Shown piece by piece: positions 49,873 to 62,379 of a stretch of 64,000 nt of DNA. How positions within the stretch are numbered: the stretch's first letter is position 1; each line of letters opens with the position of its first letter. Below the pieces are notes generated by a model. That model searched no databases, was not told the origin of the DNA, and worked only from the letters and a program-made list of their open reading frames with translations. Both the position numbers and the translations under genes were made by a program. This DNA is from Mobula hypostoma (taxonomy: Eukaryota): the NCBI RefSeq assembly GCF_963921235.1, contig NC_086109.1, positions 37,450,001 through 37,514,000 on the forward strand. The letters are read 5' to 3'.

Positions 49873-51109
49873 CTAAAATTAAAATTGCAAATAAATATGA
49901 AATTGCATTCTAAGTAATTTACAAATAACCAAGTGCTGTACAATAAACTGGTTTACTACAAAGGAGACATTCAAACATTAAAATTTGGTAAATTAATGTT
50001 TATGGGCTGATAAACATTCAAACAGAAACAACTTGCATAGTTACTTTGCAATAAAACTATATACTTTTAATTATGCTCACTAACATGACATTGGGATTGT
50101 ATAGCTTCAAATTCAAAACAGTAGTACATTTTGCAGTGATGTAGTGAAATATCTACCATTGCCAATTTCATTTGAAAATGCAGAACTAAAAGCACCAATT
50201 AACCAAGTCCATACCAACATCAGCCACAGTTACTGAGACAAACTGAACTATCCTAAAACAATAGCACAATAGCCTGCCTTTCATGGAGCTCCCCATTTTC
50301 AGATAACACACTTACATTTAAGAACTAATAACATGAAAAATCTGTCAAGAGTAACTTGCTTCATGAAATAATATGAATGATTATTCACCATACCATTCAA
50401 TTATTTTTCCAAACTTCCAAATCAAATCAGAAGCTGTATTACAATTTCACAGATAGGATGTATTTGTACCACAGCATTATGAACTCAAATGAATAGCCAT
50501 AATGGAAACAAAAAAAAAAATCGCAAAGTATTAACAAGCTCGAACAAACAACTGGGGAATGGAAGCTACTCTATTCACCTGAAACAAAAGAATAGCAGGT
50601 TTTTGCCCTTTCCCACACTCAATACTTGAACAGAGCACAGCTTTGGCCAAGTAGTCCAGACTAATTTTTTGCATGGATTTAAACTAAAGGGCTTTCAACA
50701 AGAAGGTTCACATTATTTTTTTAAACAGAAGGAAAAAAAGTGAAAGCTATAATCTGAGAAAGTTAAAAGCAGAACCTAAACTATTAAATTGTACCACTGA
50801 AAATCTAAAAGAGATTAAACAGTCTGGAACATTATACAGATATATAGATCCTCGCTAGCTTACAAGTGCCCAAATTATGTACAGCCCATACATACAATCA
50901 GGTGTGTGGGACACTGACACGTTGGATTGCCAGCTGTTGTGGGGATGCAGGCATCTTCTGCTGTGTGGGAACTCTGCGGCTGCATTGCTGACATGCAAAC
51001 CATTTGGGTTTTGAATAATTCTTCTCCAAGTTAATATCATAACCTGAAGATCTATAAATAGAATTATCATCATAGCTTTCATATGGCTTATTCTTATGTC
51101 ATTTTGGGC

Positions 51110-51540
51110 ACTGAGGAACCGCTCTGCTATGGAGAGCCTGCCTTTTGATCGCTGGGGTAAAAATCACTCCACTATGGAGAGGGGGGACTGCCTTTGACCG
51201 CTGATGAGATCGCTCCGCTAAAGAGGGAAAGGCCTGCCGGAGAATGTAACCCAAGTTTTCTGCATTTTGGATGTGGACTTGGACCGTAGACGTTTCAAAA
51301 ATCCCGACTTGTAGTTTTATTATATCCTTTTTTTCGCCCGATCTTTATCGTTTATTTTGCGTGTGTGGTGGAGGGGGCTTGAGTGTTGATATGCCTGTTC
51401 TGTTTCTGTTTGTTTTTTGTGCAGAGAGGAGGGGCTTGGGAGTTGACGATTGTGCTGCCATTCTTTTGTTTCTTGGTTTTGTGGCTATCTGGAGAAGGAA
51501 AATTTTAAGAGTTGATAATAAACGAACCTTTGAACCTTTT
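51110..51540 (+). mobile_element. Non-autonomous retroposon with (CTTTGAA)n tail
   Basis: Similar to 41490-41882; ends ~40 nt from the ARL8 exon 2 donor. Confidence 0.65.
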
Positions 51541-51577
51541 TTTTTAAAAGAACAGATCACTGGAAAATCATAAGTAC

Positions 51578-51658
51578 CTTGATGGTGACATTTCCTTTAG
51601 TGATTTTTCTCATGTTGAATCCAACAGTTGGTATCATGTCTTCACTGAACTGCCCAGA
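51578..51658 (-). CDS. ARL8A: ARL8-family small GTPase (ARL8A-like), coding exon 2: [27 protein letters not shown]
   Basis: Manual translation gives the ARL8 switch I region (PTVGFN). 81 nt, acceptor tttcaacag, donor gtactt, phase 0/0. Confidence 0.95.
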
Positions 51659-52270
51659 CTGTTGAAACAAAGATAAATTTATGAAAACATAACAGTTCAG
51701 TATAAATGTAACATCTTCTAAGAAAGATCAAATGTGTTGCTATATACTGGTGTTTAGCTAAAACGCTGCTTTAATTTTAATTCTTGCTTTATTTACTGAT
51801 ATGATGAATAGTATCTTTTAAAAATGAAGACGCTTGTTTGTCACAAAAAAATTCTGTTATATCCAAGAAACTTTATTGAAATGTGTAGAAATTTGTATAT
51901 TTTCAATGAAAACACAAACAATAGAAATGAAAAAGTTATGTAGAAAGATCACCATATAAAAAGTTTCCAACTGAGAAAAAGTGTGAAGGACCTTTCCTCA
52001 GGAGAAGAAATGTATATGCTTTAACACAATTTTACTTCTAACAATTAATGTGCAGAGTAACACTGTTGATTTCTTGAGTGTTATAAATCAAAAGTAACCA
52101 GAAAGAGAACTGGTTGTGTGCCAATCAGATTGCTTGATTATATTTTCTCCACTCTCTCAAAATTAAAATAATACCAGGATACAAGGGGAACGAATTTTTC
52201 CACATTTTTTATGTTCACTATATAAATTATGCAATTCTAACAGGATAATATCAATATGAAGAGCAAAGTA

Positions 52271-53145
52271 CAGGTTGACCTTCTATAATCCGGCACCATT
52301 GGGACCTGAGGAGTGCTGGATTTGAGAAAATGCCGAATTACAGAAGGATCACATTAAGCAATAGCTAACCACCTCATCATACCTTTAAGATATCAAAGGA
52401 TTCAAAGGTTCATTTAATGACAGAGAAATGTATACAATACACATCCTGAAATGCTTTTTCTTCGCAACCATCTATGAAAACAGAGGTGCCCCAAAGAATG
52501 AACGACAGTTCAATGTTAGAACCCCTAAGTCCCCCCACCACCGCTCCCCTCCCTCCCGCACGTAAGTGGCAGCGAGCAACGATCCCCCCTCCCCATCGGC
52601 AAAAAATAAAGTGCACCCACTACCAGCACTTAAGCGTGAGCTAAGCGATAGCAAAGATACAGACTTGCAGTTACCCCAAAGATTACATTGCACTCACAAT
52701 TACTGAGGGAATCCTTGTTAGTTTATTTTCCTCCGCTTAGTAACATGCTTAAATTCAGGTCACCATGTCTGACCTGAGGTTGTAGGCAGAAGAGAACGGA
52801 GCGCCGGCCAGGCAACGCCGGAGGGCAGTGCGCGACTGCCGGCAGGTGGGCGAGAAGGCGGACCGACCCAGCGTGCGCCAGTTCCCCCACCGCTGGCAGG
52901 TGCCATACAGCTGCGCCTCAGGCAAATGATATTATTAAATGCAGGAAAACAAGCAGGAATCGCCTGTCTGTGCTTACCAGAGTGCGCCAACACGTGAACA
53001 GATCTAGCGCAACCAAAACAATGCACAGCAGATCGGTACGGTGGCCCGGATAATTTAAAATTACAGTTGCACAGAAAATTTGAAATCAGTGCGGATTATC
53101 GAAGGAACTGGATTACAGGTAGTGGGATTAGTGAGAGTCGACCTG
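52271..53145. mobile_element. Tigger-like MITE with a nested reverse-oriented retroposon tail (~52395-52690)
   Basis: TA|caggttgaccttctataatcc ... ggattagtgagagtcgacctg|TA. Confidence 0.75.
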
Positions 53146-54030
53146 TACTAACTATCTACAATTCAATGGTTTTCATTTTACTCTCTTGCTGAAGGTTCTA
53201 TTATGCTGGGCCATGAGTGGGGTGGTGGAAAGAGGTGTTCACACCTAGCCCCTTCATAATGGAACAGTACAGACTTCTCACATTAGCAAAGAGTGATAAG
53301 AATTCTTAATGACTAACAGAGAGTAAGCAGTGGATTGTATGCCAGGTGGCAGGGAACATGTGGAAAATGCAAAATGAAGATAATTATCACATGGGGAAGG
53401 ACTTACATCACCATTCCAATATTTTAAATTAAGTACTGAGCAGAATTTTGGACATTCCATTGTAAGAATACTATTAAAAAAAGATCTGAAGAGTTACGTT
53501 TTAAGGAATTGACAGTTGAAGGTTCTTCCCCACACCCCCACCCACACAGGATAAACTATTTAGGAGGACTCCAAAGATGTGTCATGAGGAGATTGTAGTT
53601 CTAAGATTATTTCCACAGTGCAAGTTATTATCAAAATAAAGCCTCAGGTTAGAAATACACAATGGTATAAACATTCAACAATACAGTGAGAAAACCAACA
53701 GTCACTAGAAACACAAGTTAATGGACAATGAAGATAACGGACAAATAAGATAATGGACAATGAAGATAAATTTAGAAGTATAGGAGGGTAGAAACACTTC
53801 TCTCCTCACGTTAAGAGTGAAAAATATGCAATTGCTTTGGAACAATACACGGCAAATAGAAAGCATAAAGAAATCTTAACCTCCCACATAACTGCTTTAT
53901 GTGGGAAAATAAGATGGTAAACCTGGCGGGCTGAATGCGTAGATTCAGTTCAATAGGTTGCATTATTCCCTGAATCCAACTACAGGTTTGTACATTGGAT
54001 ACCCTGAGGTATCCCAAACAATATAAATAT

Positions 54031-54848
54031 TATATATATTATACACATATATACACACACACACATATATATACATATATACATACACACACACATATAC
54101 ATATATATATACACACACACATACACACACACACACATACACACATATATATATACACACACACGCACACACATACACACGCACACACATATACACACAC
54201 ACGTACACACACACACATACACACACACACATATATATACATATATATACACACACACACACATATACATATATATACACACACACACACACATACACAC
54301 ACATATATATATATACACACACATACATATATACACACGCACACACATACACACATATACACACACACATACACACACACACACATATATACACACACAC
54401 ACACATATATACACACACACATACATATATACACACACACATATACATATATACACACACACACACACATATACATATATACACACACACACATATACAC
54501 ACACACATACACATATACACACACACATATACACACACACACACATATATACACACACATATATACACACACATATACATACACATATATACACACACAT
54601 ATATACACACATATACATACACACACATACACATACATATACATACACATATATATACACACACATACACATATACATACACATATATATACACACACAT
54701 ACACATATACATACACATATATACACACACATACACATATACATACACATATATACACACACATACACATATACACACACATATATACACACACATATAT
54801 ACACACACACACATACACACACATACACACACATATATATACACACAC

Positions 54849-54882
<34 letters not shown>

Positions 54883-54890
54883 TACACACA
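54031..54890. repeat. Compound (CA)n/(TA)n microsatellite, ~860 bp
   Basis: Directly visible dinucleotide tract. Confidence 0.98.
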
Positions 54891-54941
54891 GCTTGTGTCA
54901 ACTGATATCACTGAACTAACAGGAACAGTATAAGGGACAGA

Positions 54942-55440
54942 CACAAAATGCTGGAGGAGCTCAACAGCTCAGGCAGCATCAAGGAAATAAATAAACTGTC
55001 AATGTTTCCAGCCTAGACTCTTCTTCAGGACTGAAATGGAAAGGGGAAGATGCCAGGATTAACAAAATGTGAGGAGGGGAAGGAAGGCAAGTTAGAAGGT
55101 GATAGATGAAGCCAAGAAGGTGGGAAAGATAAAGGGCTGGGGAAGAAGGAGGTATCTGATAGAAGAGTGTATACCATAGGAGAAAGGGAAGCAGCAGGAG
55201 ACCCAGGGGAAGTGCTAGGCAGGTGAGAAGATATAAAAAGCCAGAGTAGGAAATAGAAAAAGGGGGGGGGGGGGCATGAAAAAATACTTTACCAGAAGGA
55301 GAAATCCTTATTCATACAATCAGGTTGGAGGCTATCAAGATGGAATACAAGGTGTTACTCCTCCTCCCTGAGACACAAGAAGAGGCCATGACTGATATGT
55401 TGGAATGGGAATTGGAATCAGAATTAAAATGTTTGGCCAC
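54942..55440 (-). mobile_element. Penelope-like terminal-repeat fragment
   Basis: cacaaaatgctggaggagctca...gcagcatc terminus; hammerhead-like core at 54996-55033. Confidence 0.75.
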
Positions 55441-56355
55441 ACAAGTTTAGTGGCTATCTTTACTGGAAATATACTGAGATGTTGAAGGTCAAAGATACTG
55501 TTCTGTCATTACTACATGAAGATTTAGTTCCACTGTTAGTTGAACAATAAATACTCAAAGGCCAAAGCAATTTAGACAAGACCACTGTGTAAATGATGAC
55601 AGATTAGGAAATAAGTGCCTTTGAAAATTAACTCCTAAAATCATAACATGTTTTGCTGATTCAATAAAACTGTTTGCAATGTATTTTCTGATCAAGAAAG
55701 TTAGCTTTCTTTGCACTAACCAAAGCAAAAATATTACACTGAAAATAGTGGAATGATGTAATATTACTTATGCTAGTAGTACTGGATACTTTAACTCCAT
55801 AATTATGCTGTTCACAGATACAGTAAAATGTAGCATGGCATTTGCCAAGGAACCCATTTATTCTCCATTGTCCTTATTTTTTTTTAATTCATTCAAGGGA
55901 TGTGGATTTTCAGTGAGTATTTCATAGCCCATTGCAATCTGCCTTCACGAACCACTGCAGTTTTAATGTGTTCCTAAGGTGTGATTATAGCTGCAATGCT
56001 ATTAGAGAGGACTTTGTGCAAGCATTGGTGAGAAAACAATAATATAATGCCAAATCAGGATGATATTTAGTTTGGAAGGCAAATTCCAGGTGGTAGTGTC
56101 TTCTTGCTTTTGCTGTCCTTGTCCTTTTAACTTGTGGATATTGTAGATATGGTTATGTCCTGTATCTGTCACGTGCTGTGAGTGTTATTTAAGCTGCGCT
56201 CATCTGGGCATGCTCCTGCCACAGGCCACGTAGAAAGTGAACACACTTTGAGAAATAGGAGGAATGTTACTGATCGTTGAATTCCTAGTCTCTTACCAGG
56301 TCTTATAGCCATTTTGTGTACATGATTACTGCAGTCCAGTTTCGGTCAATGATAA

Positions 56356-56650
56356 ATAAATAAAGGCATCCGTTAATTTTATGAGACCATGGATCTGCGC
56401 CTGGAAAGTCTTCACTCTCCAGGGCGCAGGCCTGGGCAAGGTTGTATGGAAGTTTCCCCTCTCCAGGACACCGATGTTATCCAAGAGAAGGGCAAAGGCC
56501 GATACAGCTTGGCACCAGTGTCGTCGCAGAGCACTGTATGGTTAAGTGCCTTGCTCAAGGACACAACACACTGCCTCGGCTGGGGCTCGAACTCACAAAC
56601 TTCAGGTCGCTAGTCGAATGCCTTAACCACTTGGCCACGTGCCCAGGTGA
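56356..56650 (-). mobile_element. tRNA-derived SINE with CORE-like segment
   Basis: A box TGGCCAAGTGG, B box GTTCGAGCC, gtgtccttgagcaaggcacttaacc segment, (TTTA)n tail, 10-bp TSD tcaatgataa (56346-56355 / 56651-56660). Confidence 0.85.
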
Positions 56651-57052
56651 TCAATGATAACCCACAGGACATTGATAGTAAGGGATTCAGTGATAGTAAT
56701 GCCATTGAATGTCAGGAAGTGATAGCTGAATTTCCCAATGTCCCAGAGCATTTCCATGAACGAGTGAAGTGCAAGCTTAAACCCTCTTTAAGTTCATCTG
56801 TACCTCAATACATGTGACAATAATTAACATATTTTCACAATTTACAACTTAACATACACCAAAATCAAAGTGCCAATGTCTCAAATCCAATATCATCTAA
56901 TCCTCACACCTTCTAATTTCCTTGGTATCAAAAATCTATTTAACACATTATATACTCAGTGACTGGTATTCATAACTCAATGATCAGTAATATTCATCTG
57001 ATATCCTGTAAATTCTTTCTCATCTGAAAATGAAAAAGAGAATAGCAATTTA

Positions 57053-58329
57053 TTGTGGATTCCGGTTAACTGGGACACATTGGGACCCAGTACGCTCTGG
57101 CCCCATTAAGTGGTTGGCCCAATTAGCTGAAGTTTCATGGGAATAGTTTTAAAAAGGTAGAAAAAAAAGATAAAACTACTGTTTAACTAAGTAACAAATT
57201 AGAACGTTACCAACACTACTAAAGTATTAGTTGTATTAGTTCTAAGTAGTTATCGATGGAGGAATTCAGCCAGAGTACGCTGCCATGTTCGTTTAATTGA
57301 CTGTAAATGAACAAAGTCAGTGTGGATAATGGTCTCCCTTCCCCGCATGAAATAGTGGAGTAATCCAACAGTAAGTTTCTTGGCATCCTCTGCAGTCACT
57401 AGCTCATCTTATGCAACCCATTGCTTTCTTTGAAGCTGATAGTATTGTATGTTTGTAGCAAAGGGAACCATCTTGCGTGGCACGATTTAAAAAAAGGTCT
57501 GTTTCATTGGCATTGTAGATATCATCTGCACAAACTTTATGAAGCAAGTCTGGGAGCTTTTGTAGATTTCCATGTTTCTGTACTTACAGCATCAGCACTA
57601 TCTTGGCATGTTCTTTCTTGAATTTAATGTGGTACCTACATTTCCAGTGAGACAATCAACCATCTTTTATTTTAAATTCTTCCTGACCCAGCTTCTGAGA
57701 AAGCTCCTTTGATGGTTTTTAACGTTGACCCTCTAATACACACACCTTGCCCAGTTACAATAGAAAACCATTAATTGTGTATCCTTAACTTCATGCTTTC
57801 ATTTTTGGAATGTCCCATTGCCCCTCGCTTAATACCCATTCTTCTCGCAGTTTATAATGCTGATGTGTCAAACCTACATTAGCAAATTTTCGCACTTTAG
57901 TTATCTCTCCCAGCTGACAATGACTGGTGTTAGGCTTTTAATTTGATCTTGTAGGGAGATTTTTTTCAGCTAGCCTGAATGCTCGAAACCACAGTGAGCA
58001 AAAGAGTTCTGAATTGTTTTACTGCTAATTTCTTGCCAACTATCAGCGATAAAAATCACTGTTATTTGAACAGAAACAAAAACAACTGATGCTATTTAAA
58101 GTATTCACTCTAAGCACGGTGTAGTGTTGAACGGCCACACAAATAAACGTGACTGATGCTAGTTAGAAACTCTTTGGTAACAGTCTCCTATCCCAATTAA
58201 GTGGCACAGAGTACTAAATAAATGACAGGAATCCCAGCTATCTCCTCAATTAGTTTTTGTTCTCCAAGAGTTGTCTCAAATAAGTGGCTGTCCTGATTAA
58301 TCAATGGCTCAATTAATCAGAATCCACTG
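57053..58329. mobile_element. CAGTGGATTCC-TIR DNA transposon, copy 3 (longer, opposite orientation)
   Basis: Ends gtggattccggttaactggg / aattaatcagaatccactg|ta; reverse-complement similarity to copies 1 and 2. Confidence 0.75.
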
Positions 58330-59860
58330 TATATTTTTCCCTTCCTTTATGAAACAACGTATTTCCTCAACATTAAAAAAAAAGCTGTTTAAACAGTTTA
58401 CGGTTGAAGGAAAAAAAGCCATACTTGTTTCTTGCCAGTCTCAGCAATATTTCTACAATTCACTGCAGAATTAAAAACAAAAGATTATTGCATTATTCCA
58501 AGTTGATCATGATTATGAGAAAGTATGAATTAATTGTGCTTCAATATATCTGTTTTTGTTTTAAAAACAGTCCAGTTTGGCACATTTGCATGACACAGTA
58601 TCTACGCATGCACAAGTGGAGCTATGTTTTTATATACTTAAAATTTCTATCATTGTGACTCAGCTTTCCATTTCTCAAAAGCACAAGTTTAAAATCAATT
58701 ATTTTAACTATCAGGTGCCTAGCATTGACTGAGATTAGAGTAGAAAATTGTGGTGGATATAAAGAGAGAGGTTCTGTGTACTTTCCTTGGATGGGCAGAC
58801 ACTCAACTTACTATTAGGAATGGTCAAAGGTGATAGCAACTAACCCAAGTGTCTGATCAGTGAAGGTCTGGAAGAAAAGATGCATACTTAAGATTTCTAA
58901 TTCAAAAGGAACCACGTGCAAGCGTGTAGTGAAAAGTCACACAAATTCATGAGAATTTCTTGTATGTAGGAGCTCTTATTGTCAAATTCATACCATCTTT
59001 ATTTTAATTTCATAAACTGAACCATTTAACACTATAAGAAAACAAACTAGATTACACTACATTTAGCGAAGAATTGAAAATATCTCCTATCTAAACTATG
59101 TTAATATTTAACATTAACATAAATATACCAGGATTAAGGAATTTACTGAACTCAGCCATTTCTAATCCTTCTTTACTGAAATCAGAATGACATTGTTGAC
59201 ACATTACACAATCTAGAAGGCAATGCAGTTACCCAAATAGCACAGAGGGGAAATTGCCTTTGAACTCTGGAATAACATTCAAATTTTGTTACGATCTAAT
59301 TGAATGAAAATATCTTGCTACAGGAGTCCTTTGTAGTTTCAATCTAGTTCCTAAAGGCAAATGGACCCTGAGCAAATATATAAAGAAATAACATTGGCAA
59401 CTGTATTTTTAAAAAGCTGCTCTGGCAAATAGAGAACAAAAATATATTTACATGCCAATTTTTTTTTTTGTTTTTTAAACACACACACAGTTAGAAAAAT
59501 AGGAATTTATCTACTTATAACCTAGTTGTTTTCCATCTAACTTGCAATTCATTGTTGCCAACCAAGAGTTGCTGATAATTGCACATATTCTATTCACTCA
59601 ACTTGTGTAATTACAGTGGTGATCGAAAGTTTGTGAACCCTGTACAATTTTCTCAGTGTCTGCATAAATATGACCTAAAATGTGATCAGAATTTCACTCA
59701 AGTCCTAAAACTGGATAAAGAGGACCCAATTAAATAAATAAAACAAAAACATTATACTTGTTCATTTATTAATTTATTAAGAAAAAATATCCAATATTAC
59801 ATGTGTTTGTTGGAAAAAGTATGTGAACATCTGGGGTAATGCCTTCTACAAAAACTACTA

Positions 59861-60104
59861 CCCATTGTGCTTTCCCCTATCTTTCCCCTTACTGGTTTTT
59901 CACCTGGCACCTACCAGCCTTCTCCTTCCCACCCTCCCCCCACACCTTTTATAGGACCCCTGCCCCCTCCCTCTTCAGTCCTGATGAAGGGTCTCAGCCC
60001 GAAACATTGATTGCTCGTTTCCACAGATGTTGCCCGACCTGCTGAGTTCCTCCAGCGTGTTGTGTGTGTTGCTTTGACCCCAGCATCTGCAGAGTATTTT
60101 GTGT
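59861..60104 (+). mobile_element. Penelope-like terminal repeat (same subfamily as 37085-37360)
   Basis: Close similarity to the reverse complement of 37085-37330; possible 6-bp TSD ctacta. Confidence 0.8.
59976..60013 (+). ncRNA. Minimal hammerhead ribozyme motif, partly mutated
   Basis: CAGUC CUGAUGA A GGGUCUCAGCCC GAAA CAUU GAUUG. Confidence 0.65.
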
Positions 60105-60668
60105 CTACTATTTGGACTCAGGTGTTCTAATCCATAAGATTGGAGGTGTGGGTTGTCTGCAAATGCAGGGAGCTTAGGAGTGGGCATCCTGTAAAGATAA
60201 CATCAAGAGCACAACGTGCAATGCTGAAGAAAGTGTAAAAGAACCTAAGACTGGCAGAAATCTCTAGAACTTACTTAAGTTTCTGTTCATGTGTCCACTC
60301 TAGGAAAAACACTGAACAAGAAGGGTGTTCATGGAAGGACACCATGGTGGAAACTGCGCCAAATCATATCTGCACGTCTCAAGTTTGTAAAAGACCACCC
60401 GGATGTTCTACAAAGCTTCTTGAACAATGCTCTGTGGGCAGATGAGACGATTGCTAAGCCTGGAGGGAGAAGGCACTGCACACCTACACCAAACCTTCAT
60501 TGAAACTGTGATGCATGGTGCAAGGAGCATCATGGTTTGGGGATCTTTGCTGCCTTGCGGCCTGGACAGTTTGCAATCATTGAGGGAACAATGAATTCAA
60601 AGTTGTATCAAGACATTTTACTGGAGAATGTCAGGGTGGCGATCCGTCACCTGAAGCTTCATAGAAGT

Positions 60669-61340
60669 TCAGAATCAGATTTATTATCACTGGCATGTGA
60701 CATGAAATTTATTAACTTAGCAGCAGCAGTTCAATGTTCAACATAACATAGAAGAGAAAAAAAATAAAAATACTAATAAATAAATCAATTACAGTAGACA
60801 TACATTGATTTTAAAAACATGCAAAAAAAACAGAAATACTGTATACTAAAAAAGTGAGGTAGTGTCCAAGGGTTCAATGTCCATTTAGGAATCAGATGGC
60901 AGAGGAAGAAGTTGTTCCTGAATCGCTGAGTGTGTGCCTTCAGGCTTCTGTACCTCCTACCTGATGGTAACAGCGAGAAAAGGGCATGCCCTGGGTGCTG
61001 GAGATCCTTAATAATGGACGCTACCTTTCTGAGACACCGCTCCCTAAAGATGTCCCGGGTACTTTGTAGGCTGGTACCCAAGATGAAGCTGACTAGATTT
61101 ACAACCCTCTGCAGCTTCTTTCGCTCCTGTGCAATAGGTCCTCCCCCCATACCAGACAGTGATGCAGCCTGTCAGAATGCTCTCCACAGTACATCTATAG
61201 AAGTTTTTGAGTGTATTTGTTGACATACCAAATCTCTTCAAACTCCTAATGAAGTATAGCTGCTGTCTTGCCTTTTTTTCATAACTACATTGGTATGTTG
61301 GAACCAAGTTACTTGACACCCAGGAATTTGAAACTGCTGA
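60669..61340 (-). mobile_element. Rex1/Babar-like LINE 3' fragment
   Basis: KARQQLYFIRSLKRFG, FYRCTVESILTGCITVWYG, LFSLLPSGRRYRS. Confidence 0.85.
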
Positions 61341-62379
61341 TAATGCAACAAGACAATAATCCAAAAGACAAGAGTAAATCAATAACAGAATGGTTTAAAA
61401 AGAAAAAAATTTATGTTTTGGAATAGCCAAGTCAAAGTCCTGACCTTAATCCTATAGAAATATTCTGGAGTGACCTGAAGCAAGCAGTTCATATAAAGAA
61501 GCCTAGCAACATCCCAGAATTGAAGCAGTTTTGTAAGGAGGAACGTCCTAAAATTTCTCTAAGTCGATGTGCAGGACTGATCAACAGTTATCAGAAATGT
61601 TTGACTGAAGTTATTGCTGTACAAGGGGGTCACACCAGTAACTGAAAGCAAAGGTTCACATACTTTTTCCAACAAATACATATAATATTGAATCATTTTC
61701 CTCAATAAATAAATGAACAAAGATAATGTTTACTGTGTTATTTATTTAATTGGGTTCTCTTTATCTAGTTTTAGGACACATGAAGGTCTGATCACATTTT
61801 AGGTCATATTTATGCAGACACAGAGAAAACTCTACAGGGTTCACAAACTTTCTAGCACCACTGTAAAACTAAATGGCTCTCCAAAGGACAAACTCAAATG
61901 CAATTCAAAATGTTAGAATTCTCTCTAGTCAATGTCACGATCACTTTTCATGTCATTATTATGTGATGTAATTAAGAGGCAAAATAATTAAAGAAAAGTA
62001 GATATGTACGTAACAAGATGCAGGATGGCTGGGAAATAAGAGAAGGAAATGAGACCAATGGGATAGATTGGATGGACGTGCATGACCTTGGTTAAATGAA
62101 TGACTTTCTGCTTGTAAGAAATAAGCAGATGAACACGGATAAGTATAGGAGACATGGGTACATCAGTGCATAAAGAGAAAGCAATCTGGAGAATGATGCA
62201 TCATAGACTTGAGGTTTTTTTTGAGCAACACAAAATGCTGGAGGAACTTAGTGAGTTTACCAGGTGCCCCAGATTTCCAGCATCTGAAGTCTCTCATGTA
62301 TTTTTTGTTTGGAGTTGGCTCGAAGCGGATCAGATATATTTTAACTAGATTCAATGAAGTGTAGTATGTATCAGTAACT

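Larger units (their letters stand above)
59614..61863 (+). mobile_element. Tc1-like transposon with ~210-bp TIRs, two nested insertions
   Basis: TA-flanked cagtggtg...cagggttcacaaactttctagcaccactg; LWADET, MNSKLYQDIL, QDNNPK and PSQSPDLNPIE motifs. Confidence 0.9.

Noticed and set aside
53720..53770. Short direct repeat atggacaatgaagataa x2
   Set aside because: Ordinary slippage-type micro-duplication.
53963..54944. Four ~300-aa ORFs rich in C/V/Y/M or H/T/I
   Set aside because: Translation artefacts of the (CA/TA)n microsatellite.
56540..56645. tRNA-like sequence with A and B boxes
   Set aside because: It is the head of a SINE with body, tail and TSD, not a stand-alone tRNA gene.
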